From Kutzneria sp. (lineage in GTDB: Bacteria > Actinomycetota > Actinomycetes > Mycobacteriales > Pseudonocardiaceae): DNA of 64,000 bases. Under the pieces are notes generated by a model. The model was not told the origin of the DNA. It was given only the letters and a program-made list of their open reading frames with translations, and searched no databases. Location of the stretch: contig DASWRQ010000080.1 in assembly GCA_036403095.1 (NCBI GenBank), positions 29,073 to 93,072 on the forward strand, read 5' to 3'. How positions within the stretch are numbered: the first letter of the stretch is position 1; each line of letters begins with the position of its first letter. Made by a program: the position numbers and the translations under genes. Shown here piece after piece: positions 55,153-64,000 of this stretch.

Positions 55153-56532
55153 ATGACCGACATTCTCGTGGGCGCCGAGCCGACCGGTCCGCCGGCCGAC
55201 CCGGCGCCCGGCCGGGCGCTCGAGGCTTCGACCCCGGCACCGGCGGCCGGTCCCACGCCGACTCGACGCGGCCGGGCGGTGGGTTCGGCATCGGCTGGGC
55301 GCGGCAAGGTGGTCGGTTCGGCATCGGCTGGGCTCGATCAGGCGGTCACCCCGGCACCGGCTCGGCGTGGCCGGATTCCGCGCCCTGGCTGGCGTCTGGT
55401 CGGGCCGGCGTTCGTGGTCGCCGTCGCCTACATCGATCCCGGCAACTTCGCCACCAACATGGCGGCCGGCGCTCGGCACGGCTACCAGCTGCTCTGGGTG
55501 ATCGGCCTGGCCAACGTGATGGCGATGTTCGTGCAGTACCTGTCGGCGAAGCTGGGCGCGGCCACCGGTCACAGCCTGCCGGAGCTGTGCCGGCAGCGGT
55601 GGCCGCGGCCGGTGGTGCGGCTGATGTGGGCGCAGGCCGAAGTTGTTGTGATGGCAACGGATCTGGCCGAGTTCGTCGGCGCGGCGCTGGCCCTGCACCT
55701 GCTGTTCGGCCTGCCCATGCCGGTGGCGGGCCTGGCCACGGCGGTCGGCACGTCGGTGCTGCTGCTGGCCGGCCGTCGCCGGTTCACGGTGATGATCGCG
55801 GTGCTGCTGATGGCGGTGGTGGCGGCGTTTCTGTGGCAGATCGGCCGGGCCGGCATCGGCGGCGACGTGCTCGGCGGCCTGGTGCCGAGGATCGGCGACG
55901 GCGACAGCATCCTGCTCGCCTGTGGGATCGTCGGCGCGACGGTGATGCCGCACGCCGTGTACCTCCACTCCGGACTGACCAGCGACGGCGGCGGGCACCG
56001 GCTGCGCGACATCCGCCGCGACATCGTGGTCGCGCTGGGCATTGCCGGCGTGGCCAACCTGGCGATGCTGATGATCGCCGCCGCCGCGCTGCACGGTCGG
56101 GGCGGGCCGTTCGACACCATCGACGAGATTCGCGGCGGCCTGGCCGCCGCGCTGGGACCGGCGGTCGGACTGGTGTTCGCGCTGGCCCTGCTGATCGCCG
56201 GGCTGGCGTCGGCCTGCGTCGGCACCCGGTCCGGCGAGATGGTGATGGCCGGGTTCCTGGGCACGAGAATCCCGACCTCCGTGCGCCGGCTGGTGACCAT
56301 GGCGCCGGCGCTGGTGTTGCTGTGCACGGGTGTCGACCCGACGGCGGCGCTGGTGATCAGCCAGGTCGTGCTGTCCTTCGGCCTGCCGTTCGCGCTGATC
56401 CCGCTGGTGGTGCTGACCAGCCGGCCGGACGTGATGGGGCAGGCGGTGAACCGCCGCCCGACCGTGGTGCTGGGGACCACGGTGGCGGCGGTCGTCTGTG
56501 CCCTGAACCTGCTGTTGGTGCTGTGGGGATGA
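55153..56532 (+). CDS. mntH: Nramp divalent metal (Mn2+) transporter
   Basis: AYIDPGNFATN, TDLAEFVG, GATVMPHAVYLHS, SQVVLSF; low-complexity N-terminus with a 19-bp duplication at 55282/55315. Confidence 0.9.
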   Translation: MTDILVGAEPTGPPADPAPGRALEASTPAPAAGPTPTRRGRAVGSASAGRGKVVGSASAGLDQAVTPAPARRGRIPRPGWRLVGPAFVVAVAYIDPGNFATNMAAGARHGYQLLWVIGLANVMAMFVQYLSAKLGAATGHSLPELCRQRWPRPVVRLMWAQAEVVVMATDLAEFVGAALALHLLFGLPMPVAGLATAVGTSVLLLAGRRRFTVMIAVLLMAVVAAFLWQIGRAGIGGDVLGGLVPRIGDGDSILLACGIVGATVMPHAVYLHSGLTSDGGGHRLRDIRRDIVVALGIAGVANLAMLMIAAAALHGRGGPFDTIDEIRGGLAAALGPAVGLVFALALLIAGLASACVGTRSGEMVMAGFLGTRIPTSVRRLVTMAPALVLLCTGVDPTAALVISQVVLSFGLPFALIPLVVLTSRPDVMGQAVNRRPTVVLGTTVAAVVCALNLLLVLWG

Positions 56533-56558
56533 GGGACGCCGATCGGCGTCCCTCATCC
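56527..56558. terminator. Perfect 32-bp palindrome, likely bidirectional terminator
   Basis: ggatgagggacgccga/tcggcgtccctcatcc between convergent mntH and hemerythrin genes. Confidence 0.7.
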
Positions 56559-56578
56559 ATCGGTCAGCCCTTGATTGA

Positions 56579-57157
56579 TCAGTCCGATGTGCCGGTGGTG
56601 CTGCGGCCCATCGCCTTGCGGATCGCGTCACGGACCCGGTCCACGATCGCCGTCGGCGTGCCGACGACGACATTCGCGGCGCCGCTTTCCACGCCGGGAT
56701 GCGGATGCGTCGGCGCGACGGCCTCCGCCGCCCGCACCGCCGCCGCCATCGCCTTGAGCCGGTCCCGGTCGTGCAAGGCGCGCAGCGCCGGGAACTCCTC
56801 ACGCTCCTCGTGCTCGGCGTGCTCGGTCACATCCTGGCGCAGCTGGCGGAAGGCATCCATGAAGTGCTCGGCGTCGGGGCCGAGCTTGTCGAGCTGCTGC
56901 AACACCTCCTTGGCATCGTGCTCCTCCTGCAGCCGCTCCCGCACGACCTCGGTTACGCCGGCCTGGCGGGCCGCCGGGTGCACGACCTCCTCCTCGGCCG
57001 TCTCGTGCACGGCCAGCAGGTGCACGAGTTGCTCGAAGGCCTGCCGGCGCTGGTCGCCCGCGGACATCTCCACCTTGCTGAACAGGCCCTTGATCTCCCG
57101 GTGCTGCCGCTCCAGCAGTTCGACGACGTCGAGGGCGTCGTCGGAGGTTGTGCTCAC
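56579..57157 (-). CDS. Hemerythrin (HHE) domain protein
   Basis: LERQHREI, HETAEEEVVHP, EEH, HAEHEEREEF, APTHPHP. Confidence 0.9.
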   Translation of the reverse strand: MSTTSDDALDVVELLERQHREIKGLFSKVEMSAGDQRRQAFEQLVHLLAVHETAEEEVVHPAARQAGVTEVVRERLQEEHDAKEVLQQLDKLGPDAEHFMDAFRQLRQDVTEHAEHEEREEFPALRALHDRDRLKAMAAAVRAAEAVAPTHPHPGVESGAANVVVGTPTAIVDRVRDAIRKAMGRSTTGTSD

Positions 57158-57651
57158 GCCTGCCTCCCCGTGACGTCGCTCGCGCCCGAACCGGTGCCCG
57201 AACCCGTGACCGTGCCGGCGCGGACGGCGCGGTAGCCGAGCACCCCGAGCGCGATCATGCCCACCCCGAGGCCGAAGTGCAGCCAGTTGTCGGGGGTGTT
57301 GAGCGGCACGAAGTTGGCCTGGCTGGCCTGGTCGACGACCAGACCGTAGATCCACAGGACCAGGTAGACCACACCGCCCACCACCAGATAGCCCGCCGCC
57401 GTGCGGGCCGTGCGGGCGAGGGCGATCCCCGCCACGCCGAACAGCAGGTGCACGATGTTGTGCAGCACGGAGACCTGGAACAGGCCGAACAGCTTCGCCA
57501 TGGAGTCGTGCCCGGCGAAGCTCATCATGTCGTAGTCGGTGGTCACGCCCGGGATGAAGCCCAGGATGCCGACCAGGAGGAACACCGCGCCGACAACCAG
57601 CGCCAGCATGCTGGCCGGATTGCGCGGCGGGAAAATTGGCTGGCTGCTCAT
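57154..57651 (-). CDS. DUF4383-domain membrane protein
   Basis: GILGFIPG, LFQVSVLHNIVHL, NFVPLNTPDNWLH. Confidence 0.88.
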   Translation of the reverse strand: MSSQPIFPPRNPASMLALVVGAVFLLVGILGFIPGVTTDYDMMSFAGHDSMAKLFGLFQVSVLHNIVHLLFGVAGIALARTARTAAGYLVVGGVVYLVLWIYGLVVDQASQANFVPLNTPDNWLHFGLGVGMIALGVLGYRAVRAGTVTGSGTGSGASDVTGRQA

Positions 57652-57711
57652 GAGAACACCTCGATTCTTCTTCGGTGCCGCCGACTACCCGCCTTGTCGG
57701 GTAGTACGCAA

Positions 57712-59466
57712 TCACTTCTTCCTCGGGTCGCCCTGATCCGCGCCGGTGTCGGACTGCACGGTCGCCGCGCCGATCTCGGACGGCGCGGGAGTCGCCGTCA
57801 CGTGGGCCTCGTCGCGCAACCGGTCCATCATGTGCGGGTAGTGCAGCTCGAAGGCGGGCCGCTCGGAGCGGATCCGGGGCAGCGAGGTGAAGTTGTGCCG
57901 CGGCGGCGGGCAGGACGTGGCCCACTCCAGGGAGTTGCCGAAACCCCACGGGTCGTCCGCCTCCACCCGTTCGCCGTAGCGGTAACTGCGGAAGACGTTC
58001 CAGATGAACGGCAGCGTGGACGCGCCCAGGATGTACGCGCCGATGGTGGACACCGTGTTCAGCGTGGTGAAGTTGTCGCTGGCCAGGTAGTCGGCGTACC
58101 GGCGCGGCATGCCTTCCGCGCCCAGCCAGTGCTGCACCAGGAAGGTGGTGTGGAAGCCGATGAACGTGGTCCAGAAGTGCAGTTTGCCCAGCGGTTCGTC
58201 GAGCATTCGGCCGGTGATCTTGGGGAACCAGAAGTAGATGCCGGAGAAGGTGGCGAACACGATGGTGCCGAAGAGCACGTAGTGGAAGTGCGCCACCACG
58301 AAGTAGCTGTCGGTGACGTGGAAGTCGATCGGCGGCGAGGCCAGCAGGATGCCGGTCAGGCCGCCGAGCAGGAACGTGAGCAGGAAGCCCAGCGCCCACA
58401 GCATCGGGGTCTCGAACGTGAGCTGTCCCCGCCACAGGGTGCCGATCCAGTTGAAGAACTTCACCCCGGTCGGCACGGCGATCAGGAAGGTCATGAACGA
58501 GAAGAACGGCAGCAGCACGGCGCCGGTGGCGAACATGTGGTGCGCCCACACCGTCACCGACAGGGCGGCGATCGCGAGCGTGGCGAACACCAGGCCCTTG
58601 TAGCCGAACAGCGGTTTTCGGCTGAAGACCGGGAAGACCTCGGAGACGATGCCGAAGTAGGGCAGGGCCACGATGTAGACCTCTGGGTGGCCGAAGAACC
58701 AGAACAGGTGCTGCCACAGGATCGCGCCGCCGTTGTGCGGGTCGAACACGTGCGCCCCGAGCTGGCGGTCGGCCAGCAGCCCGAACAGGGCCGCGGTCAG
58801 GATCGGGAAGGCCAGCAGCACCAGGATGGACGTGATCAGGATGTTCCAGGTGAAGATCGGCATCCGGAACATGACCATGCCCGGGCAGCGCAGGCAGACC
58901 ACGGTGGTGATCATGTTGACGGCGCCGAGAATGGTGCCGAGGCCGGACAGGATCAGGCCGGTGATCCACAGGTCGGCTCCGATGCCGGGGGAGTGGATGA
59001 CGTCGGACAGCGGGGTGTAGGCGAACCAGCCGAAGTCGGCCGCGCCGCCCGGCGTGACGAAGCTGCCGAGCACGATGAGGCCGCCGAACAGGTAGGCCCA
59101 GTAGGCGAAGGCGTTGAGCCGCGGGAAGGCCACGTCGGGCGAGCCGATCTGCAGCGGCAGGATGAAGTTGGCGAAGCCGAAGACGTTCGGCGTCGCGTAG
59201 AGCAGCAGCATGATCGTGCCGTGCATGGTGAACAGCTGGTTGTACTGCTCCTGCGACAGGAACTGCAGCCCCGGCCGGGCCAGCTCGGTCCGCATCAGGA
59301 GGGCCATCGCGCCGCCGGCCACGAAGAAGAAGAACGACGTGGTCAGGTACATGATGCCGATCTGCTTGTGATCGGTCGTGCGCAGCAGCCTGAGCAGGAC
59401 GGATCCCTTGGGCGCGCGCATCGCCGGCGCGAGCGGCACCGGGGTCTGCTCGATCGTGGTGGACAT
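57712..59466 (-). CDS. ctaD: Cytochrome c oxidase subunit I (copy 2)
   Basis: [38 protein letters not shown]. Confidence 0.95.
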   Translation of the reverse strand: MSTTIEQTPVPLAPAMRAPKGSVLLRLLRTTDHKQIGIMYLTTSFFFFVAGGAMALLMRTELARPGLQFLSQEQYNQLFTMHGTIMLLLYATPNVFGFANFILPLQIGSPDVAFPRLNAFAYWAYLFGGLIVLGSFVTPGGAADFGWFAYTPLSDVIHSPGIGADLWITGLILSGLGTILGAVNMITTVVCLRCPGMVMFRMPIFTWNILITSILVLLAFPILTAALFGLLADRQLGAHVFDPHNGGAILWQHLFWFFGHPEVYIVALPYFGIVSEVFPVFSRKPLFGYKGLVFATLAIAALSVTVWAHHMFATGAVLLPFFSFMTFLIAVPTGVKFFNWIGTLWRGQLTFETPMLWALGFLLTFLLGGLTGILLASPPIDFHVTDSYFVVAHFHYVLFGTIVFATFSGIYFWFPKITGRMLDEPLGKLHFWTTFIGFHTTFLVQHWLGAEGMPRRYADYLASDNFTTLNTVSTIGAYILGASTLPFIWNVFRSYRYGERVEADDPWGFGNSLEWATSCPPPRHNFTSLPRIRSERPAFELHYPHMMDRLRDEAHVTATPAPSEIGAATVQSDTGADQGDPRKK

Positions 59467-59504
59467 GCCCGCTCCCTCACGAGGTGGTCTGATGCCGGCC
59501 CGGG

Positions 59505-59595
59505 CTACCTATCCGGCGCCGAAACAAACGCGGCGTCGCCTTTTTGTCGTGGTCCGTTCGAGTGATGCGCGGTTGGGCCGGTGCGCCACGGGTAC
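59505..59595. promoter_or_regulatory. Divergent SigB/SigF-type promoters (ctaD copy 2 / hypothetical-SDR)
   Basis: Minus GTTT-N15-AGGTAG at 59505-59529; plus GGTT-N15-GGGTAC at 59571-59595. Confidence 0.62.
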
Positions 59596-59631
59596 AGCCC
59601 GCTTGATTCCCGAGCGGCCGGAGGCGTGATC

Positions 59632-59874
59632 ATGACCGTGCACCAGGTTCCCGCTGTCGCAACCGAGGCCGTCAGACAACGGCTGCTCGAACTCGAGGAG
59701 TTGGTCCGCGCCGAGCGGGCGATGGCCGACGGCTGCCCGACGGTGGAGCAGGAGTTGCTGCTCATGTCCGTGGGCAGCCTGGCCCATCGGGCCCGCCGCC
59801 AGCTGTCGATCGCCGTGCGGCCGCATGACGGCCTGCTCCGGCGATGGGTGCGCCGATCGGAGGGAGCGCGATGA
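59632..59874 (+). CDS. Hypothetical protein (80 aa)
   Basis: RBS ggagg; ATGA overlap with the SDR gene. Confidence 0.6.
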   Translation: MTVHQVPAVATEAVRQRLLELEELVRAERAMADGCPTVEQELLLMSVGSLAHRARRQLSIAVRPHDGLLRRWVRRSEGAR

Positions 59875-60854
59875 AGGGCCGTCCGGTGGCGGTGGTGACC
59901 GGGGCCAGCCGGGGCCTCGGTTTCCTGCTCGCCCGTGAACTCGCGTGGCAGGGATTCGACCTGGTGGTGTGCGCGCGGTCGGCTGAGGGCATCGTCGAGG
60001 CGGCGGAGGCGCTGCGCCGGGAGGGCGCGACCGTCAGCGCGGTCGTCGCCGACGTCTCGGTGCGGGCGGACGCCGATGCGCTGGTGGCGCGGGCGGTGGC
60101 CGACTTCAACCGCCTGGATGTGCTCGTCACCAATGCCGGCACGATCCAGGTCGGCCCGGTGGCGGCGATGGACGTCGACGACTTCGCCATGGCGATGGAC
60201 ACGATGTACTGGGGCGTGGCCTATCCGGCGCTCGCCGCCGTGCCGGTGATGCGCCGCGCCGGCCACGGCCGGATCATCACGGTGACCTCACTGGGCGGCA
60301 AGGTGCCGGCCCCGCACCTGCTGCCCTACGCCGCGGCCAAGCACGCGGCCGTCGGGTTCTCCGAGGGGCTGTGCGTGGAGCTGGCCAAGTACGGCATCAG
60401 CGTCACCACCGCCGTGCCCGGCCTGATGCGGACGGGATCACCGGACAACGCGCTGTTCAAGGGGAACAAGACCGCCGAGCACGCTTGGTTCGCCATCGCC
60501 GACAGCCTGCCGTTGCTGACCATGGACGCCGAACGCGCGGCGCGCGCCATCGTCCGCGCCGGGCTCCGCGGCCGGTCGGAGATCATCCTCACGCCGGCCG
60601 CGCAGGTGGCCGCCCGCGTCCACGGGCTGCTGCCCGAGCTCACCACCCGTGCGCTGATCCTGGTCGATCGCATGCTGCCGGCCAACGAGAACTCCACCGC
60701 CCAGCCCGGACGTGCCGTCGCCACCGACTCGGCCTTGTTCCGGTGGCTCACCACGCTGACGCGGCAGGCCGCGTCCCGCTGGCACGAGACGACCGACCGC
60801 ACCCGGGCCGACGGCAAGCCGGAAATCCACCGCGGCGCCGATCGGTCGGATTGA
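59871..60854 (+). CDS. SDR-family oxidoreductase
   Basis: TGASRGLG, TNAG, YAAAK, PGLMRTGS. Confidence 0.92.
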   Translation: MKGRPVAVVTGASRGLGFLLARELAWQGFDLVVCARSAEGIVEAAEALRREGATVSAVVADVSVRADADALVARAVADFNRLDVLVTNAGTIQVGPVAAMDVDDFAMAMDTMYWGVAYPALAAVPVMRRAGHGRIITVTSLGGKVPAPHLLPYAAAKHAAVGFSEGLCVELAKYGISVTTAVPGLMRTGSPDNALFKGNKTAEHAWFAIADSLPLLTMDAERAARAIVRAGLRGRSEIILTPAAQVAARVHGLLPELTTRALILVDRMLPANENSTAQPGRAVATDSALFRWLTTLTRQAASRWHETTDRTRADGKPEIHRGADRSD

Positions 60855-61386
60855 CGGCGGTCAGACCGGACGGGCCGGGGCGTTGCCGGTCGTCGGCTGG
60901 GCGATGGTGGGACGGGCTGGCGTAGGCGAAGGCGCGGATCGGATCGGTTGATGGCGGTTAGGCCGGGCCGGTCGGGGCGTCGCCGGTTGTCGCTCGAGGT
61001 GATCGGCGTGGCTGGCCGCCACCGGCTGTCGGACTGCGTGTGGGAGGAGCCGGGCCACCGGTTCGCGCTGGCCGTGGCGGCCTCGATCGTGCTGCCGCTG
61101 ATCGCGGCGATCTGCACGGCGGCGATCTGCACGGCGGCGATCAGCGCGGCTTCGATCAGAACGGGGGCGGCCGACACCGGCGTCCCGCCCGCGGTCGGTT
61201 CCGGCTGCAGTGGCCCCTCGAGACCGAGCTCTACCTCACCGTCGCCGCGTGCGTCGCCGCCCTCGCCCTTGCCGGCGTCATCGCGGCGTTGACAATCAAC
61301 GATGTCATCCAGCAGACTCATGGCGTCCCGGCGGGAGTAACGTGTCGCTGAGCGCTGCGTGCCCTCAGTGACCGGCGTACGCTTCG

Positions 61387-62238
61387 GTGATGCGGGCCAG
61401 CGGAACAGTGGAGCACGGGCGCGGCCTCGGGCTTCACGACCACGTGTGTTGGAGCTACGACGTCGTCGCCGAGTTCCGTCACCGTGCTCTCGAGTTCCTC
61501 GTCGAGGGGCTGGCCCTCGGCCAACGTGTCTGCTACATCGGCGACGGCACCGCGGACGCCCTCACGGCGGATCTGCGCCGGGCCGACGGGATGGACGAGG
61601 CGCTGCGGGAGGGGGCGGCGAGCGTGACGTCGGTCCGCGACGCGTACCGGCCGGACGCCGTGATCGAACCCGAGGCGCAGGTCGCGACGTACGCCTCGGC
61701 CACCAAGCAGGCCCTGGCCGACGGCTTCGCCGGGCTCCGGGTGGCGACGGACGTGACCACCATGGTCCGCCGGCCGGCGCAACTCGACGCGTTCGCCCGC
61801 TACGAGCACCTCATCGACGACTACATGACCGGGCAGCCCTTTGCCGCGCTGTGCGGCTACGACCGGGCCGAGCTGGGCGTGCGGGCGGTGGCTCAGCTGG
61901 CCTGCATGCACCCCGCCGGCAACCGGGACATCGCGCCCTTCCGGCTGTACGGATCGACCGACGCCGACTGCTCGGCGGAGCTGGCCGGCGACCTGGACCT
62001 GCTCAGCGCCGAGCTGTTCCCGCTGGCGTTGCGCCGCGCCGACCCCGATCCGCGCGGGGACCGCCTGGTCCTCGACGCGTCCAAGGTGAGCTTCATCGAC
62101 CACCGCAGCCTGATGGCATTGGACGACCACGCCCACGAACGCGGGGCCGTGGTGGTGCTGCGCACCGGACTGTGCACACCGGCCCACGTGATCGAGGCGT
62201 TGAACCTGACCGGTGTGCGCCTGGCCTGCGCCGCCTGA
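61387..62238 (+). CDS. MEDS-domain sensor with C-terminal STAS-like domain
   Basis: HDHVCWSY, GLRVATD, YEHLID, LCGYD, LACMHP; LAGDLD...SFIDHRSL. Confidence 0.85.
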   Translation: MMRASGTVEHGRGLGLHDHVCWSYDVVAEFRHRALEFLVEGLALGQRVCYIGDGTADALTADLRRADGMDEALREGAASVTSVRDAYRPDAVIEPEAQVATYASATKQALADGFAGLRVATDVTTMVRRPAQLDAFARYEHLIDDYMTGQPFAALCGYDRAELGVRAVAQLACMHPAGNRDIAPFRLYGSTDADCSAELAGDLDLLSAELFPLALRRADPDPRGDRLVLDASKVSFIDHRSLMALDDHAHERGAVVVLRTGLCTPAHVIEALNLTGVRLACAA

Positions 62239-62301
62239 CGGCGCCGGTGTAGCCCGGTCGGGGGCCGGGTACTCGTCGCTACGACGACGAGGAGGCTCGC
62301 G

Positions 62302-64000
62302 ATGATGCGCGACGGCATCGCCGATCCCTGGGGCGCCCGGACCCCGTACGGACCCGGGCAGCGGTGGCCGGCCCGTGTCGACAGCCACCTCGCCGACGGC
62401 ATCGCCGAACAGGACGTGGACGCCTGGGTGCGCGCGGCCGCGATCCTGCACTCCAACGGCGACGGCATGGACATCGCGGTGAAGGACGGCCGCATCGTCG
62501 GCGTCCGCGGCCGCGCCGACGATCACGTCAACCGCGGCCGGCTCGATCCCAAGGACCTGTTCGGCTGGCAGGCCAACAACAGCCCCGACCGGCTCACCAC
62601 CCCGCTCGTCCGCCGCGACGGCCGGCTCGTCGAGTCCACATGGGACGAAGCGATGTCGCTCATCGTCAAGCGCAGCAAGGAGCTGCTCGACGACCAGGGG
62701 CCGAGCTCGATCGGCTTCTACACCAGCGGCCAGCTGTTCGCCGAGGAGTACTACACGCTGTCGGCCATCGCGCACGGGGCCATCGGCACCAACCACCTCG
62801 ACGGCAACACCCGGCTGTGCACGGCGACCGCGGCGGCGGCGCTGAAGGAGACCTTCGGCTGTGACGGCCAGCCCGCCTGCTACGACGACATCGACCACGC
62901 CGACGTGATCGCGCTGTTCGGGCACAACGCCGCCGAGACCCAGGTCGTGCTGTGGGACCGGATCCTGGACCGGCTCGCCGGCCCGACGCCGCCCGCGCTG
63001 CTGTGCGTCGACCCGCGGCGGACGCCGGTCGCCCAGGCGGCCACGCTGCACCTGGCGCCGCTGCCCGGCACGAACGTCGCACTGATGAACGGCATCCTGC
63101 ACGAGCTCATCGCCAACGACTGGGTCGACCACGACTACGTCGACGCCCACACCGTCGGCTACGACGACTTCGCCAAGCTGGTGGCCGACTACCCGCCGGA
63201 GCGGGCGGCGCGGATCTGCGACGTGCCCGCCGAGCAGATCCGGGCAGCCGCAAGGCTTCTCGGCCGTGCCGACCGTCTGCTGTGCACGGTGCTCCAGGGC
63301 TTCTACCAGTCCCACCAAGCCACCGCGGCCGCCGTTCAGGTCAACAACCTGGTGCTGCTGAGGGGAATGCTCGGCCGGCCCGGGGCCGGCGTGCTGCAGA
63401 TGAACGGGCAGCCGACCGCGGAGAACACCCGGGAGTGCGGCGCCGACGGCGACCTCACCGGGTTTCGCAACTGGGCCAACGACGACCACGTCGCCGAGCT
63501 CGCCGGGCTGTGGAACCTGGACGTCACGCAGATCCCGCACTTCGCGCCGCCGACGCACCTGATGCAGATGCTGCGCTACGCCGAGAACGGCACGCTGGGG
63601 ATGCTGTGGGTGTCGGCGACCAATCCCGCGGTGTCGCTGCCCGAACTGCGGCGCGTGCGCTCGATCCTCGGCCAGGACCGGCTGTTCCTGGTCGTGCAGG
63701 ACGCCTTCCCCACCGAGACCACCGAGCTGGCCGACGTCGTGCTGCCGGCGGCGATCTGGGGCGAGAAGACCGGCGTGGCCACCAACGCCGACCGCACCGT
63801 GCACCTGAACGACAAGGCCGTCGAGCCGCCCGGCCAGGCCCGAGCCGACCTCGACATCTGGCTGGACTACGCCCGCAGCATGGACTTCCGCGACCGTGAC
63901 GGCCAGCCGTTCCCGCCCTGGCACGACGCGGAGTCGGCCTTCGAGGCGTGGAAACGCGCGTCCGCCGGTCGGCCCTGCGACTACAGCGGCCTGAGTTACG
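62302..64000 (+). CDS. Molybdopterin oxidoreductase (Nas/Nap/Fdh-like catalytic subunit), runs off the window edge
   Basis: RBS gaggagg; DRLTTPL, YTSGQL..EEYY, DGNTRLCTATA, GHN, QMNGQPTAEN, TNPAVSLP, WGEK; promoter GTGT-N16-GGGTAC at 62247-62272. Confidence 0.88.
   Translation, partial: MMRDGIADPWGARTPYGPGQRWPARVDSHLADGIAEQDVDAWVRAAAILHSNGDGMDIAVKDGRIVGVRGRADDHVNRGRLDPKDLFGWQANNSPDRLTTPLVRRDGRLVESTWDEAMSLIVKRSKELLDDQGPSSIGFYTSGQLFAEEYYTLSAIAHGAIGTNHLDGNTRLCTATAAAALKETFGCDGQPACYDDIDHADVIALFGHNAAETQVVLWDRILDRLAGPTPPALLCVDPRRTPVAQAATLHLAPLPGTNVALMNGILHELIANDWVDHDYVDAHTVGYDDFAKLVADYPPERAARICDVPAEQIRAAARLLGRADRLLCTVLQGFYQSHQATAAAVQVNNLVLLRGMLGRPGAGVLQMNGQPTAENTRECGADGDLTGFRNWANDDHVAELAGLWNLDVTQIPHFAPPTHLMQMLRYAENGTLGMLWVSATNPAVSLPELRRVRSILGQDRLFLVVQDAFPTETTELADVVLPAAIWGEKTGVATNADRTVHLNDKAVEPPGQARADLDIWLDYARSMDFRDRDGQPFPPWHDAESAFEAWKRASAGRPCDYSGLSY

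Noticed and set aside
57684-57705. 8-bp-arm hairpin after ctaD copy 2 as a terminator
   Set aside because: Short, no U-tract, and it overlaps a GGGTAG -10 with only a weak -35; its role cannot be assigned.

Overview
GC-rich actinomycete DNA, tightly packed with about 70 CDSs. I found no rRNA, tRNA, CRISPR array, integrase or transposase. The window reads as one large general-stress/dormancy island. By eye I count about 35 copies of a SigB/SigF-type promoter motif (GNTT-N15-17-GGGTAN) in front of most transcription units; many are back-to-back pairs, and 19 sit 8-10 nt from the start codon. Cargo includes an Mrp-type antiporter operon (partial), two orphan cytochrome c oxidase subunit I genes, a PoxB-like TPP enzyme, a haem catalase, a Mn catalase with Nramp, two hemerythrins, topoisomerase IB, a Pit transporter, and a molybdopterin enzyme lacking its Fe-S cysteines. 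The two strongest candidates for an undescribed system are (i) a receptor-less CheB / STAS-kinase / CheR methylation module wired into sigma-factor partner switching (18.9-27.8 kb) and (ii) three YbdK-type glutamate-amine ligases, each placed beside a different amine-generating or N-oxidising enzyme (34.6-49.4 kb). All family calls come from motif recognition without database searches, and start codons were chosen by eye.
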